Assembly: GCA_965648905.1 (NCBI GenBank) | Contig: CBFGIT010000011.1 | Location: forward strand, 1 to 64,000 | DNA length: 64,000 nucleotides | Origin: a candidate division WOR-3 bacterium | GTDB lineage: Bacteria; Hydrothermota; Tepidihabitantia; Tepidihabitantales; Tepidihabitantaceae | Direction: 5' to 3' | Part shown: positions 47,138-56,340 of the stretch, piece by piece | How the letters are laid out: each line of letters starts with the position of its first letter | How positions within the stretch are numbered: position 1 is the first letter of the stretch | Notes under the pieces: model-generated | The model's database searches: none | What the model saw: the letters and a program-made list of their open reading frames with translations, nothing else | Told to the model about the DNA's origin: nothing | Program-made: the position numbers and the translations under genes

Positions 47138-49462
47138 GTGAATCGCTGCATCGCATCGGCTCTGCTGCTTGTGGCTGCGACCGCAGCTCAGCAGGTCGAG
47201 CGCGAGGTGTTTCTGCCCGACAGCTTTGTCGGCCCGGAGTACCCGAACACAGTCTGCGTCGTGAGCTGGCAATCAACAGACAAGGTCTATGTCGGCGGCC
47301 ATGGTGCGATTCCTGCCATCATGTCGTTCGACCCGCTGACTCGGGCCCGCAACTCGCGCCGGGCGATGGCTGAAAACACCGAGTTGCTGCTTGCTCAGCC
47401 CGACGGGCCGCTGGTCTTCGCCCTCGGCCGGCACCGGCTCACGGTCGTTGATGGGGTGCGGGATTCGGTTGTGGCCGAGGTCGAATACGGTGATGGGCCC
47501 GGACTTGCCGTGCTCGACCCAGCCCGGCAAAGGGTCTATGTGGCGGACCAACTGTACGGCTCGATTGCGCATTACGACTACTCAGCCAGCCGGCTCAACT
47601 CCATCGCTGTGCCGTTGACTCCGACCGCGCTCTGCATCGCCGGTCTGGCAGACCGGCTCTTTGTTGCCGGACGCCAGGACACGGTCGCGGCCATCAGCCT
47701 GTCCGGCGATTCGCTCGTCCGCCTGATTGGCGTCGGGGATGAACCTTCGGCGCTTGTCTACGACCCGACCGACAACCACCTCTACTGTGCCAATCGGCTC
47801 GGCAACTCAGTTTCGGTGATAGACTGCGGGCAGGATTCGGTCGTCGGCAGCGTCTGGGTTGGAGCCGGGCCAGTCGCCCTGGCGCTGCACCGGGCAAGGA
47901 ACCGGTTGTACTGCGCAGACCGGACCGCCTCCTGCATCGCGGTCGTTGACATCGCCAGCCTGTCGCTCGTGGACCTGATTCCGGTCAACCAGCCGGTGAC
48001 GCTGCTCTGCGACACAGTGCGTGACCGGCTCTACTGCGGCACGATGGGAAGCGAACTCGTGGTCGTTGACTGCCGGGCAGACACGGTCTGTGCTCGTCTG
48101 ACAGTCGGCGAGGAGTGCAGCGCTCTGGCCCGGCTCGGGCAGGCTGTGTTCTCTGCCGGGTATGCCGGCGGCACGGTCAGTGTGATTGTGGGAGATTCGG
48201 TTGTTGCGGTTGTGCCGGCAGCAACCGCGGGCCCGCGCACCGCCCTTGTCTGCCGGAGCAAGCTCTACATTGCTGAAGAACGACTGGGCCACGTGACCGT
48301 ACTTGCCCTGCCCGGATTCGAGCCGCTCGCCCGCGTCCAGACCGGCAGAAAACCCCGCGCCCTGTGCCGGGGGCCGAACTCGGAACGCGTGTACGTCGCC
48401 TGCTTTGGCGACAGCACAGTCTGGGCAATTGATGCGGCCTCAGATACTGTCGTCGGTCGCGTCGTGGTCGGCAATGCGCCCTGTCACATCGCTCTTGACT
48501 CAGTCGGCGCGAAACTGTACTGCGCGAACTTCGGCTCGGCCGACGTCGCGGTGCTTGACTGCCGGGGTGACTCGCTGCTCTACCGCCGGGCTTTCGGCCG
48601 GGCCTGCCGTCGCCTGGCCTACAACCACGTCAACCGCAAGGTCTATGGTGCATGTCACGATTCGCGGACGATTGAGGTCATCAACTGTGTCAGTGATTCG
48701 GTCGTGGCCCGGATTCCGACTTCGGCTCCACCCTGGACCGTGGTCTGTGACGCCACCGACAACCTGGTCTATTCGGGCACAAGCTGGGGCGGCCCGGTGA
48801 TTGCCGGTGCGACCGACTCGGTGGTGGGTGACATCGGCGAGGCATTCTACGTCAAAGGACTATGCTGGGATTCAGCCGCGAATCGCATCTACATGGCGAA
48901 CAACTACTCAAGCGCCGTGCTCGGCATCGACGGCCCGACCCACACTGTGGTCCGGCAGCTCGCGGTCAATGCTCTGCCCGCGGACCTGACCTGGTCAGCA
49001 CACTCGGGTTTGAGCTATCTGTGTCATAACCGTGCGGGACGAATCACTGACCAGGTCACGGTCATCGGGCGCGACAGCGTGGTCACCGAGCTTGGGGTCC
49101 GGCCCAGCCCGGTCGAAGCGATTGCCGACCCGGAGCGGCAGCGGGTCTATGTACTCAACTGGGAGTCGAGCTGCATCGCAGTTATCGCCGACGGCCCGAC
49201 CGACATCAGAGAGACAGAGCAGCAAGCGGTCCGAACACCGACTACCCCAACCATCACCCACGGCAGGCTGTTCCTCGGCGCGGGACATAACCCGATTCCG
49301 GCCGGGGAATCGGGATTGTGTCCCAAGCCCGTGCTGCTCGACGCCTGCGGGCGCAAGGTCGCAGACCTTGTGCCGGGCAACAACGACATTCGTCACCTCG
49401 CGCCCGGTGCCTACGTCGTCTACTCTGCACCTGGCACCCTCAAGGTCGTGCTGCAACGCTGA
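47138..49462 (+). CDS. Secreted double YncE/YVTN beta-propeller protein with T9SS-like tail
   Basis: Repeated LYCAN....V.V.DC..DSV units. Confidence 0.82.
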   Translation: MNRCIASALLLVAATAAQQVEREVFLPDSFVGPEYPNTVCVVSWQSTDKVYVGGHGAIPAIMSFDPLTRARNSRRAMAENTELLLAQPDGPLVFALGRHRLTVVDGVRDSVVAEVEYGDGPGLAVLDPARQRVYVADQLYGSIAHYDYSASRLNSIAVPLTPTALCIAGLADRLFVAGRQDTVAAISLSGDSLVRLIGVGDEPSALVYDPTDNHLYCANRLGNSVSVIDCGQDSVVGSVWVGAGPVALALHRARNRLYCADRTASCIAVVDIASLSLVDLIPVNQPVTLLCDTVRDRLYCGTMGSELVVVDCRADTVCARLTVGEECSALARLGQAVFSAGYAGGTVSVIVGDSVVAVVPAATAGPRTALVCRSKLYIAEERLGHVTVLALPGFEPLARVQTGRKPRALCRGPNSERVYVACFGDSTVWAIDAASDTVVGRVVVGNAPCHIALDSVGAKLYCANFGSADVAVLDCRGDSLLYRRAFGRACRRLAYNHVNRKVYGACHDSRTIEVINCVSDSVVARIPTSAPPWTVVCDATDNLVYSGTSWGGPVIAGATDSVVGDIGEAFYVKGLCWDSAANRIYMANNYSSAVLGIDGPTHTVVRQLAVNALPADLTWSAHSGLSYLCHNRAGRITDQVTVIGRDSVVTELGVRPSPVEAIADPERQRVYVLNWESSCIAVIADGPTDIRETEQQAVRTPTTPTITHGRLFLGAGHNPIPAGESGLCPKPVLLDACGRKVADLVPGNNDIRHLAPGAYVVYSAPGTLKVVLQR
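49282..49324. repeat. GGGACA...TGTCCC palindromic element inserted in the coding tail
   Basis: GGGACATAACCCGATTCCGGCCGGGGAATCGGGATTGTGTCCC. Confidence 0.75.
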
Positions 49463-49481
49463 TTGTCTGCCAAACTGCCGG

Positions 49482-50120
49482 TCAGCGGCCGGCGACTTCA
49501 CGGGCCACGCGGTCCGCGGTCTTCGTGACGCCCGCGATGATGGCGCTCGAGCTCTTTGTCGCCAGCGTGACGGCATCAATGCTGTCAGGCCGGGCCGGGT
49601 CATAGTCCAGCAGGCGTTCGAGCAGGCCTTGTCTGACAACGAGTTCAAGATAGGCTGGCGTCTCCTGGTTGTCGAGAAGATAGATGCGCCTGGGGCGAGC
49701 CTGGGCATCGAGGAGCACCTGCATCGGAACCGGGCCAGCGTAACCTGCAGCAGTGGTCCCGGCTGAGTCGGAGTAGACCGAGTATCCGAGTACTTTCTGA
49801 CTTCGGTCCAAGACAAACTCTATCGGGAAAGGGTTAGCTCGGTGTTCCACCGACCAGGCATCGGGGAAGGTTTTGACTATTGCCTGAGGTAGCTCAGCCT
49901 GGGCCGGCTCGCGCCGGGCTGTGGTCTGGGGTACGGCGGGCGGTGGTTCTGGCCTCTTTGCTGCCGTCGTGTCCAGCGCCGGTGCGGTTTCCGGAACCGT
50001 CGGTCTCGGCCGGTCTTCAGCCAGCCGCGACCGGTCTGGCACCGCGGGCCGGGAGCCACAGCCGGCACCAATCAGCAACAGGGTTAGCCCGAGCCGGAAA
50101 GTGAACGAAGGACGCATCAT
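49482..50120 (-). CDS. FMN-binding (flavinylation) lipoprotein, RnfG/NqrC-like domain
   Basis: Lipobox-like IGAGC; GYAGPVP, N.ETP.Y, IDAVTLATKSS flavinylation-type motif. Confidence 0.82.
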   Translation of the reverse strand: MMRPSFTFRLGLTLLLIGAGCGSRPAVPDRSRLAEDRPRPTVPETAPALDTTAAKRPEPPPAVPQTTARREPAQAELPQAIVKTFPDAWSVEHRANPFPIEFVLDRSQKVLGYSVYSDSAGTTAAGYAGPVPMQVLLDAQARPRRIYLLDNQETPAYLELVVRQGLLERLLDYDPARPDSIDAVTLATKSSSAIIAGVTKTADRVAREVAGR

Positions 50121-50277
50121 GGTTGTTTCAGAGTATCTCCACATAGGCCGGCCAGGTCAATTCCGGCGTGCGCTTGACAACCGGCCTGACCCGGCTACAA
50201 TAGAGCAACGGTGAGGGCATCTATCTCCCATTCGTCAATGTCTGAAAACGAACTGCCTCGGCAGAAGGAAGCGACCG

Positions 50278-51336
50278 GTGATCCCCAGTCGTAAGTCCAA
50301 GGCGGTCGGGCTCTTCTCCGGAGGCCTCGACAGCATCCTTGCCACTCGACTGATTGCCGAACAGGGCGTAACCGTAGTTGCGCTCAATTTCCGGGGGCCG
50401 TTCGATATCGCCGGTCAAACCCCGTCTGAAGAGCGACTGAGCAGGATGGCGCAACTGCTTGGCGCAAGCCTTGTCTCCCTTGAGCTGGGCGACGACTATC
50501 TGCAACTGGTCCGCAAGCCGGCACTGGGCTATGTCCGGCAGATGGCGCCGTGTCTTGACTGTATCATCCACATGCTGGTCAAAGCCAAACAACTGGCCCG
50601 GGAAATCCATGCCGACTTCGTCTTCACCGGCGAAGTGGTTGGGCAGCGGACGATGTGCCAGAACAAGCGGGCTCTGAAGACAGTTGAGCGGGCCGCCGGG
50701 CTTGAGGGCAGGCTGCTCCGGCCGCTTTCGGCCAAGCTGCTTGAACCCACCATCCCGGAACTGACCGGATTGGTCCGGCGTGAACGGCTGCTCGACCTGA
50801 AGGGCAAGGGCCGGCGCCGACAAATCCGTCTCGCCCATGAGTTCGGCATCTTCGATTATCCGATTCCCGGCATCGGCTGCATGCTCCTCGACAAGAACTT
50901 CGCAGCCCGGGCGCGAGAACTGGTCAGCCACGACCAGTTGACGCTGAATGACATCGGTCTGCTGAAAGTCGGACGCCACTTCCGGCTTGACTCCGGTGCC
51001 AAGGTGATCGTCGGCCGCAATGAGCAGGAGAATCACGCGCTCGAGTCCTCGGCCCAGCCTGACGACGTCATCTGCAAGCCGGTCGAGGTAATGGGACCGA
51101 CCGTGCTCATTCGTGCCCGAAAACAGACCAAGAAGGATGCCGACATCGCCGTGCGCATCGCCGCCCGGTTCAGCGACGCGCCCGAGGGCAAGGCGGTCAA
51201 GTTCGCCTGCGGCGAAAAGACGATGTCGGTCAAGCCCTATGCTGATGAGGACATGGCTGCCTGGCGCATCCGCTACGTCGAGCCGCCCAGACCCGAGCCC
51301 AAGAAGCCGGCCGACAAGCCGAAGAAAGGCAAGTGA
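50278..51336 (+). CDS. ThiI-like PP-loop tRNA thiolation family protein
   Basis: LFSGGLDS, PCLDC, TGEVVGQR, LLRPLSAKLL, GRHFRL, VGRNEQEN. Confidence 0.85.
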   Translation: MIPSRKSKAVGLFSGGLDSILATRLIAEQGVTVVALNFRGPFDIAGQTPSEERLSRMAQLLGASLVSLELGDDYLQLVRKPALGYVRQMAPCLDCIIHMLVKAKQLAREIHADFVFTGEVVGQRTMCQNKRALKTVERAAGLEGRLLRPLSAKLLEPTIPELTGLVRRERLLDLKGKGRRRQIRLAHEFGIFDYPIPGIGCMLLDKNFAARARELVSHDQLTLNDIGLLKVGRHFRLDSGAKVIVGRNEQENHALESSAQPDDVICKPVEVMGPTVLIRARKQTKKDADIAVRIAARFSDAPEGKAVKFACGEKTMSVKPYADEDMAAWRIRYVEPPRPEPKKPADKPKKGK

Positions 51337-51340
51337 GTAT

Positions 51341-51580
51341 ATGGATGATTCGACCCGGGACCTTGTGCGCAAGGTGCTTGACGAGCAGGTTCGCCCGAAC
51401 CTGCAGATGGACGGCGGCGACGTCGAACTCGTCAGCGTGGGCGACGACGGGGTAGTTCAGTTGCGATTGACCGGTGCGTGCTCGGGCTGCCCGTTTTCCG
51501 CGCTGACCATGGCGGTCAGCGTCGAGCGCGTCCTCAAGGAGAAAGTTCCGGGCGTCGTGCGGGTTCAGCCCGTGCCCTAG
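51341..51580 (+). CDS. NifU/NfuA-family Fe-S scaffold
   Basis: VRPNLQMDGGDVEL, LTGACSGCP. Confidence 0.92.
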   Translation: MDDSTRDLVRKVLDEQVRPNLQMDGGDVELVSVGDDGVVQLRLTGACSGCPFSALTMAVSVERVLKEKVPGVVRVQPVP

Positions 51581-51606
51581 GGGCGTCGAGCCGCGCACGA
51601 AACCGT

Positions 51607-52335
51607 CTAGCGGCCTTGGGCCAGTCGGTCGGCCAGGTTCTGAGGCAGGCCGGCGGCTCGCATCTTCTTCTGAACCGACACAATGTCATACTCAACTCGA
51701 TGGAACGAGAGCGTGCTGGTTCGTGAGTTGTAGATGACGGCGCTGGCGCGCGGGTCTCCGTCCCGGGGCTGGCCCACGCTGCCGACATTGACTAGGTATC
51801 GGGCTTCAGGCTTGAGTTCAAAGCTGTCTGCGATGACAAGCTGTGCCCGCTGACCAGGCAGCCGCTCGACCGCAAATGGGTGGTGCGAGTGGCCGACCAG
51901 GCAGACCCGGTCCGGGTAGTAGTCCATTTCCTCTTCGGCCTCAGCCAGACTCAGAAGATAGACCCACTCTTCGGGCTCGGACGGCGAGGCGTGGACGATG
52001 AGCATCGGGTCGAGCCGTTCGGCAAGCGGCAGATTCTCCAGGTAGACCCGGTTGACCGCGCTCAGTTTCTCCCGAGTCCAGAGCACCGCCGCGGCCGCGC
52101 TGTCGTTGAATGCCCGAATTGAGGTCTTCCCGACCACGCCGTAGTCATGATTGCCCGCAACGCAGACCGTGTGCAGACTCCGAATCGTCTCGATGCAGCG
52201 ATTCGGGTCCGGGCCATAGCCGACGATGTCGCCGCAGCAGACATACCTCGTCACGCCCCGGTCCTTCATCAACGCCAGCACCGCTTCCAGGGCAGCAAGA
52301 TTCCCGTGGATGTCGGAGAGGATGCCGGTCTTCAT
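51607..52335 (-). CDS. Metallophosphoesterase
   Basis: SDIHGN, GDIVGYG, GNHD, GHSH, NVGSVGQPRDG. Confidence 0.92.
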   Translation of the reverse strand: MKTGILSDIHGNLAALEAVLALMKDRGVTRYVCCGDIVGYGPDPNRCIETIRSLHTVCVAGNHDYGVVGKTSIRAFNDSAAAAVLWTREKLSAVNRVYLENLPLAERLDPMLIVHASPSEPEEWVYLLSLAEAEEEMDYYPDRVCLVGHSHHPFAVERLPGQRAQLVIADSFELKPEARYLVNVGSVGQPRDGDPRASAVIYNSRTSTLSFHRVEYDIVSVQKKMRAAGLPQNLADRLAQGR

Positions 52336-52754
52336 TCGGCCCCCTGCTCTTTGCCCAGTTCGTGCAGCACGCCGTCGAGCACACCGTTGACGAACCGGCC
52401 GGCCTCGTCGTCACCGAACTTCTTGGCGATGTCTACCGCCTCGTTGATCGTCACCTTGGGCGGCACGTCGGCGAAGTAGAGCAGCTCGGCTGCAGCAACT
52501 CGGAGAATCGCCCGGTCGACGACGGTCAGCCGCTCCAGACGCCAGCGCCGCAGGTGCCGCCGCAGGATCGTGTCAATCTCCTGCTGGGAAGTCTGCACCG
52601 CGGCCACCAGCCGACGCAGGTAGCTCTCGGCATCGTCCGATGGATTCTTGCGCGCGACGATTTCCTCAATAGTTGAATCCGGGTCGTCGGCAACCAGGTC
52701 GAGGCGGTACATCACCTCGAGTGCGCACTCACGGGCCAGACGACGATTGGTCAT
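52332..52754 (-). CDS. nusB: Transcription antitermination factor NusB
   Basis: RRLARE, DRAILR, INEAVDIAKKFG, FVNGVLD. Confidence 0.95.
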   Translation of the reverse strand: MTNRRLARECALEVMYRLDLVADDPDSTIEEIVARKNPSDDAESYLRRLVAAVQTSQQEIDTILRRHLRRWRLERLTVVDRAILRVAAAELLYFADVPPKVTINEAVDIAKKFGDDEAGRFVNGVLDGVLHELGKEQGAE

Positions 52755-52783
52755 GCCACCCCTTTCAGTCCTGGAAGTTGCTG

Positions 52784-53251
52784 CTAGTCGACGTCCTGCG
52801 CGGCCAGGTCGGCCATCTCGATTGCCGACAGGGTCGCGGTCCAGCCCTTATTGCCGGCTTTGGCCCCGGCCCGCTCCAACGCCTGTTCGAGCGTCTCCGC
52901 AGTGATGATGCCGAAACTCGTCGGTACGCCGGTGTCGAGCGAAACCCGGGCCAGTCCTTTGGCGACCTCGGCCGAGATGTATTCGGCATGGGGCGTGTCG
53001 CCGCGAATCACCGCGCCCAGACCGATGATTGCCTGGTACTTCCTGGTGCGGGCGGCACGAAGTGCGACCAGCGGTATCTCGTAAGCGCCCGGGACCCAGA
53101 TGACGTCGGCCGCGGCCGCGTGGTGCCGCTCGAGACAGTCCCGAGCACCGTCGAGCAACTGCCGGCTGATAAGCTCGTTGAAACGTGACACCACGAGGCA
53201 GAACTTCCTGCCCTGGGCACTAAGCATGCCTTTGAACTCACGGGTTTCCAT
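52784..53251 (-). CDS. ribH: 6,7-dimethyl-8-ribityllumazine synthase
   Basis: SRFN, VPGAYEIP, GAVIRGDTPH, GNKG. Confidence 0.96.
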   Translation of the reverse strand: METREFKGMLSAQGRKFCLVVSRFNELISRQLLDGARDCLERHHAAAADVIWVPGAYEIPLVALRAARTRKYQAIIGLGAVIRGDTPHAEYISAEVAKGLARVSLDTGVPTSFGIITAETLEQALERAGAKAGNKGWTATLSAIEMADLAAQDVD

Positions 53252-54527
53252 TTGCTACTCCTTTTGCCCGGCCGCGGCCGGCTGCCGGTCGCCCGAGCTC
53301 GGCCTCAAGGTCGCCGAGCAGGTGCCCGAGCCGGTCGCGCTTGGTAACCAGGTACTTGATGTTCTTCCTGTTCGGGCGCACAATTATCGGCACCCGTTCG
53401 ACAATGTCCAGTCCGAACCCGCGCAACCCGACAAGCTTGCGCGGGTTGTTGGTGAGCAGTCTGATGCTTGAGAGCCCGAGGTCAGATAGAATCTGCGCCC
53501 CGATGCCGTAATCGCGCAGGTCCGGCTCAAACCCAAGCGCAACATTGGCCTGCACCGTGTCCAGGCCTCTGTCCTGCAGGGCATAGGCCTTGAGCTTGTT
53601 GGCCAGGCCGATGCCCCGGCCTTCCTGGCGCATGTAGAGGATGACCCCAAGGCCGGCGCGCGCAATCATCGCCATCGAACGGGCCAGTTGTGCGCCGCAA
53701 TCGCAGCGCAGGGAATGAAACACGTCCCCGGTCAGGCACTGCGAATGGACCCGCACCAGCACGCGCTCCTGTCCACGCACCTCGCCCCGGATGAGCGCGA
53801 GGTGAGCGTAAGGCTCGACTACGTCTTCGTAGACAACGACCCGGAACTCCCCGAATTCGGTCGGCAATGTGGTCTCGACCACCGGCCGGACCAGCTTCTC
53901 CTGGCGGCGTCGAAACTCAATCAGGTCCCGGACCGCAACCATCTTCAGCCCGAACCGGCGGCTCAACCGCTCCAGCGCCCCGAGTCGAGCCATGCTGCCG
54001 TTATCGGCCATCACCTCACACAACACCCCGGCTGGTTTGAGTCCGGCAAGCCGCGCCAGGTCGACCGCGGCCTCGGTGTGTCCGGCCCGAACCAGCACCC
54101 CGCCGTCCTTGGCGACAAGCGGGAAAACATGGCCGGGCCGCGCCAGGTCCGAGGGCTCTGTCTTCGGGTCAACCAACGCTCGAATCGTTGCGGCCCGGTC
54201 ATGAGCCGAGATTCCGGTTGTTGTGCCCTGGACCGCATCAACCGACACCGTAAACGCCGTGCCGTGCAACGCCGTGTTCTCGCCCGCCTGGGCTTTGAGC
54301 CCAAGCGCAGCACAACGGTCAGCAGTCAGGGCCACGCAGATAAGACCCCGACCATACCGGGCCATGAAGTTGACCTTGGCCGGTGTCACCTTCTCGGCCG
54401 CACCGACCAGGTCGCCCTCATTCTCCCGGGCCTCGTCATCGACCACAACAATCAACCGTCCCCGACGCAGGTCCTGGAGTGCATCCTCAATCCGGGCGAA
54501 CCGGACCGCTCTCTTCTTACCGGCCAC
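53238..54527 (-). CDS. ribBA: Bifunctional DHBP synthase/GTP cyclohydrolase II
   Basis: DDEARENEGDL, RAGHTEA, RVHSQCLTGD, RCDCG, QEGRGIGL, LLTNNP; GTG start at 54527 approximate. Confidence 0.95.
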   Translation of the reverse strand: MAGKKRAVRFARIEDALQDLRRGRLIVVVDDEARENEGDLVGAAEKVTPAKVNFMARYGRGLICVALTADRCAALGLKAQAGENTALHGTAFTVSVDAVQGTTTGISAHDRAATIRALVDPKTEPSDLARPGHVFPLVAKDGGVLVRAGHTEAAVDLARLAGLKPAGVLCEVMADNGSMARLGALERLSRRFGLKMVAVRDLIEFRRRQEKLVRPVVETTLPTEFGEFRVVVYEDVVEPYAHLALIRGEVRGQERVLVRVHSQCLTGDVFHSLRCDCGAQLARSMAMIARAGLGVILYMRQEGRGIGLANKLKAYALQDRGLDTVQANVALGFEPDLRDYGIGAQILSDLGLSSIRLLTNNPRKLVGLRGFGLDIVERVPIIVRPNRKNIKYLVTKRDRLGHLLGDLEAELGRPAAGRGRAKGVANGNP

Positions 54528-55575
54528 GACTGGAGCCCTTCCCTCTGGCCCGAGCGCCGAGGGTCTGTTCGTACCATCGATGGTAGAAATCCTGATAGGC
54601 CTTGCGCCGCCTGATTCTCTGCCACCAGGGTCTGTTGGCCTCATACCACTCGAGCGTGGCAACCAGGCCCTTGTCGAACCGGGTCCTCGCCTGCCAGCCC
54701 AGTACCCGGGCAGCCTTGCGCATATCGCAGACCAGCCGGGCAACATGGCCGGGCCGGTCCTTGACATGCTGGACAAGTCCAGCCGGCCGGCCCAGGTAAC
54801 GGACGATTTCGCGGGCAATCTGCAGTGAACTCCGCTCCTCGCCTGAGCCGATATTGAAAACCTCACCCACGACCTTCCGGGCCGGTGCTTCAGCCGCAAG
54901 CCGCACTGCCCGGCACAGGTCGGCCACGTATGTCCAGTCGCGCGTGTTCCGGCCCGAGCCGTAGACGTAGAGCGGCCGGTTCTCCAGTGCGCTGGTGAAG
55001 AAGAACGGAATAACCTTTTCCGGGTACTGATTCGGGCCATAGGCGTTGAACGGTCGCAGGATTGTGATGGGCAGGTTGTAGGTGTGATAGTAGGCCTGGC
55101 AGAGCCGGTCAGCCCCGGCCTTGGTTGCGGCGTACGGGCTCTGTGGCTCAATCGGGTGAGCTTCGCTCATCGGCACGGTGCGGGCCGAGCCGTAAACCTC
55201 GCAGGTCGAAATCTGCACGAACCGGTCGCCGGGATTGCGCCGGAACTCGTCGAGCAGCACCCAGGTTCCGACAAAATCGGTCCGGACAAACGGTGCGACG
55301 TCGTCAATCGATCGGTCGATGTGGGTCTCGGCAACAAAGTTGACGACCAGGTCCACGCCCCGCAGCGCGGCCCGCACCGCGGCCCGGTTGCAGACGTCGG
55401 CCCGCACAAACTCAAACCGCGGGTTCTGCCAGCAGTCGGCAGGGAAGTTGTCGAGATTACCGCAATACGTCAGCTTGTCCAGGACCCGCACCTGCCAGCC
55501 CGGCTCGCCGAGCAACAGTCGGACGAAGTTCGAGCCGATGAACCCGGCTCCACCGGTAACCAGCGCTTTCGGCAT
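54517..55575 (-). CDS. rfbB: dTDP-glucose 4,6-dehydratase
   Basis: TGGAGFIGSNF, DKLTY, AETHIDRSI, SPYAATKA, YGPNQYPEK, DRPGH. Confidence 0.93.
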   Translation of the reverse strand: MPKALVTGGAGFIGSNFVRLLLGEPGWQVRVLDKLTYCGNLDNFPADCWQNPRFEFVRADVCNRAAVRAALRGVDLVVNFVAETHIDRSIDDVAPFVRTDFVGTWVLLDEFRRNPGDRFVQISTCEVYGSARTVPMSEAHPIEPQSPYAATKAGADRLCQAYYHTYNLPITILRPFNAYGPNQYPEKVIPFFFTSALENRPLYVYGSGRNTRDWTYVADLCRAVRLAAEAPARKVVGEVFNIGSGEERSSLQIAREIVRYLGRPAGLVQHVKDRPGHVARLVCDMRKAARVLGWQARTRFDKGLVATLEWYEANRPWWQRIRRRKAYQDFYHRWYEQTLGARARGKGSSRGR

Positions 55576-56030
55576 CAGCCCTCTCTGATTCGCCAGTCGT
55601 AAGGGATTGCCGGGTCGTCCGGCGCACGGCGGAACTCGTCCGGCTGGTCGTGGTTGTAGACCTCGGTCGGGCAGTTGACCATGTACGCCGGCTCGGTGCC
55701 GACTCCTTTCATGCCGTGCAGCACGCCCGGCGGGATGCGGATGAGCATCGGGTTCTGCTCGCCGATGAAAAACTCCTGGACCTCGCCGTGGGTCGGCGAG
55801 TCGGCCCGGTCGTCGTAGAGCACAACCTTGGCCATCCCCTTGACGATGGCAAAGCAGTCGGTCTGCACCTTGTGGTAATGCCAGCCTTTGACCACACCCG
55901 GATAGACGACTGACAAGTACACCTGGCCGAACTTCTCGAACAGCTCGTCGTCTGAACGCAGGATTTCCATTACCGCGCCGCGCTCGTCCGGGATGATGCG
56001 AAGCGGCTTGGTCTGAACGCCCTTAATCAT
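55575..56030 (-). CDS. rfbC: dTDP-4-dehydrorhamnose 3,5-epimerase
   Basis: DERG, VVKGWHYH, D.R.DSPT.G, IPPGVLHG. Confidence 0.9.
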   Translation of the reverse strand: MIKGVQTKPLRIIPDERGAVMEILRSDDELFEKFGQVYLSVVYPGVVKGWHYHKVQTDCFAIVKGMAKVVLYDDRADSPTHGEVQEFFIGEQNPMLIRIPPGVLHGMKGVGTEPAYMVNCPTEVYNHDQPDEFRRAPDDPAIPYDWRIREG

Positions 56031-56260
56031 GGCGGCCAAGTATACCCGGACTGAGCGCAGATTCAAGATTCGCCTGCCCAGGTTAGCGCAGTACAGTGAC
56101 CGCAATCGCGGCTGCAGGCCGGCCCCACCGCGGTCTCGCCGGTGTGCGACATCATTCTGCCTTCCGGGTCGTGGGTTCTGATTTCCGGCTTCGCTTGGCT
56201 GCTCAACCGGCCCGAGCATGCCCAGACAGTTCGGCATCAAGGCACTGGTTTACACATATT

Positions 56261-56315
56261 GTAACCCCTCAACAACCGGCGGTTCAGCCTAACAATTTGG
56301 CGCACTGTGACTTAG
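56261..56315. promoter_or_regulatory. Two tandem 27-bp IHF-like sites bounding tract B
   Basis: GTAACCCCTCAACAACCGGCGGTTCAG and CTAACAATTTGGCGCACTGTGACTTAG; the latter is 25 nt from CGGTCTCCC. Confidence 0.6.
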
Positions 56316-56340
56316 TTCACTACCGCATTTTACTGGGGTA

